Of a DNA stretch of 15,523 nt, positions 14,059-15,523 are shown piece after piece. This DNA comes from Gemmatimonadota bacterium (GTDB lineage Bacteria > Gemmatimonadota > Gemmatimonadetes > Gemmatimonadales > GWC2-71-9). The translations under genes and the position numbers were made by a program. The stretch is from NCBI GenBank assembly GCA_039588295.1, contig JBDHAB010000059.1, positions 1 to 15,523 of the forward strand, in the 5' to 3' direction. The stretch's first letter is position 1, and each line of letters starts with the position of its first letter. Under the pieces are notes generated by a model. The model ran no database searches and was not told the DNA's origin. It saw nothing but the letters and a program-made list of their open reading frames with translations.

Positions 14059-15522
14059 CTACGGGGTCCAAACGTCGAACATAGCGAAACCCGTACCGGT
14101 GCTCATTGTGCTCCAACTGACCCCGTCGTAGTGCAAAGCCGTGCCCGAGATGCCGACGGCGTACACGTCAGTTGCCGATGTTCCCCAAACGCCCAATAGC
14201 GGGTTCGAAGTCGGGCTCGTCATCGTGCTCCAACTGCTCCCGTCGTAGTGCAAGATCGTACCACCGTCTCCCACCGCGTAGACGTCACTCGATGACGTGC
14301 CCCAAACAGCGTTGAGGTTCGTAGAAGTACCGCTGGTCATCGAACTCCAGTTGGCCCCGTTATAGCGCAGAATTGTGCCCCCGTCGCCCACGGCGATCAC
14401 ATCGCTAAACGCCGCAGCCCATACACCATCGAGCTGCACGGTGGCGCCGTGCGTCATCGGGCTCCACGTGGCCCCATCGTACCGCAAGATTATGCCGGTC
14501 GTCGTCCCGACGTCGTACCCTACGGCGAATACGTTGTTGGATGCCGTGCCACCCACGCCGTAGAGCGCCCCCGATGTGAGGCCGCTGGTCATCGTGCTCC
14601 AACTTGTTCCATTATAGCGCTGGATTCTGGTGCCACCCTCTCCAACCAGATATACATCACTCGATGACGTGCCCCAAACCGCCCGGCCGTTCATCGATGC
14701 CGCGCTCGTCATTGGGTTCCAGCTGCTTCCGTCGTAACGGACGATCGTGCTGGTAGCGCCCACCGCGAACACGTCATCTGATGCAGTACCCCACACGCCG
14801 AAGAGGTTCTGGCCCACCTGGGTCATTAGGCTCCAACTGGTACCGTTGTAGTGCCAGATCCTGCCACCTGATCCCACCGAGTAGACGCTGGGAGTCAATG
14901 GCACATCGTTGTCGGTGAGCGTCACCGTATGCACCGCCGGACTCCCCAGCGTCGCATTGGTCGGCGTCCCCAGCGTCACCACCACCGTCTCGGCCGGCTC
15001 GACGTCCCCATCGTCCACCACCGTCACCGTGAGCGTCCCCGTCGGATTCCCCGCCGGAATCGTCAACGGACTCGCCGGGAGTGTGTAATCGTCCGGCGCC
15101 GTCGCCGTGCCCCCCACCGTGTACGGCACCGTCACCGGCACCGGCGAGGTCTGGGACAACGCCACCGTGATCGTGGTCGTGCCCACCGCCTCACCTACCG
15201 TCTGCGCCGCACTGGTGAACGCCACCGTCGGCACATCATTGTCGGTGATGGTCCCGGTCGCGCCGTCCGTATCGGTCACCAACGGATCCGATGCCGCCAG
15301 GCTCACCGTGAACGTCTCGCTGGACTCCACCACCGCGTCGTCCAGCGTCGCCACCGTGAACCCCTGGGTCTCACCCGCCGTGCCCGCGAAGTTCAGCGTC
15401 GCCACCACGTTGTCGTAGTCTTCGGGCGGCACCAGCGGGGCCGGCCCGCCCGTCGCCGTCCCATCGGTCAACGTCACATCCACCGTGAACGCCGCCGCCA
15501 CCGCATTGTCCAGCGTCACCGT
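14059..15522 (-). CDS. C-terminal part of a surface protein: Calx-beta domains plus a 7-bladed beta-propeller (5' truncated by window edge)
   Basis: Frame is open to the window edge. Calx-beta motifs (GTAT...DY, DDAVVESSETFTVSL, ITDND); seven VWGxxxxDVxAVGxxGxIxxYxGxxW-type repeats. Confidence 0.9.
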   Translation of the reverse strand, partial: TVTLDNAVAAAFTVDVTLTDGTATGGPAPLVPPEDYDNVVATLNFAGTAGETQGFTVATLDDAVVESSETFTVSLAASDPLVTDTDGATGTITDNDVPTVAFTSAAQTVGEAVGTTTITVALSQTSPVPVTVPYTVGGTATAPDDYTLPASPLTIPAGNPTGTLTVTVVDDGDVEPAETVVVTLGTPTNATLGSPAVHTVTLTDNDVPLTPSVYSVGSGGRIWHYNGTSWSLMTQVGQNLFGVWGTASDDVFAVGATSTIVRYDGSSWNPMTSAASMNGRAVWGTSSSDVYLVGEGGTRIQRYNGTSWSTMTSGLTSGALYGVGGTASNNVFAVGYDVGTTTGIILRYDGATWSPMTHGATVQLDGVWAAAFSDVIAVGDGGTILRYNGANWSSMTSGTSTNLNAVWGTSSSDVYAVGDGGTILHYDGSSWSTMTSPTSNPLLGVWGTSATDVYAVGISGTALHYDGVSWSTMSTGTGFAMFDVWTP

Positions 15523-15523
15523 G

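Noticed and set aside
196..15418. Many overlapping or antisense ORFs in the track (e.g. 1210-2133, 6231-7436, 7519-8679, 11659-12297)
   Set aside because: Arg/Pro/Ser-rich shadow frames of well-supported genes, expected in high-GC DNA; no motifs.

Overview
GC-rich bacterial window. The gene content looks Gemmatimonadota-like, which is an inference. Ordinary-looking genes: 3' end of a GntP permease, an M28 peptidase, DUF502, a Zn-ribbon Ser/Thr kinase and the 3' part of a Calx-beta/beta-propeller surface protein. Between them lies an approximately 10 kb patchwork of unrelated, mostly + strand genes, most with signal peptides or lipoboxes: a gluzincin lipoprotein, DUF805, an orphan SsuA/THI5-like binding protein, a tandem TIMP-like lipoprotein paired with an Asp-box propeller protein, and a TolB-like protein. 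The most interesting signals are non-coding. (1) A structured segment at 9534-9700 resembles, from memory, an IS110-family non-coding (bridge RNA) end, with no transposase following it. (2) A ~130 bp upstream/RBS/signal-peptide module occurs twice (386-515, 9697-9825) on unrelated genes, one copy directly abutting that segment. (3) Three homologous terminator/REP-like hairpins follow unrelated genes. (4) There is a possible decayed attC site. (5) A two-state RNA structure lies ahead of DUF502. All family calls come from reading motifs by eye; no database search was run.
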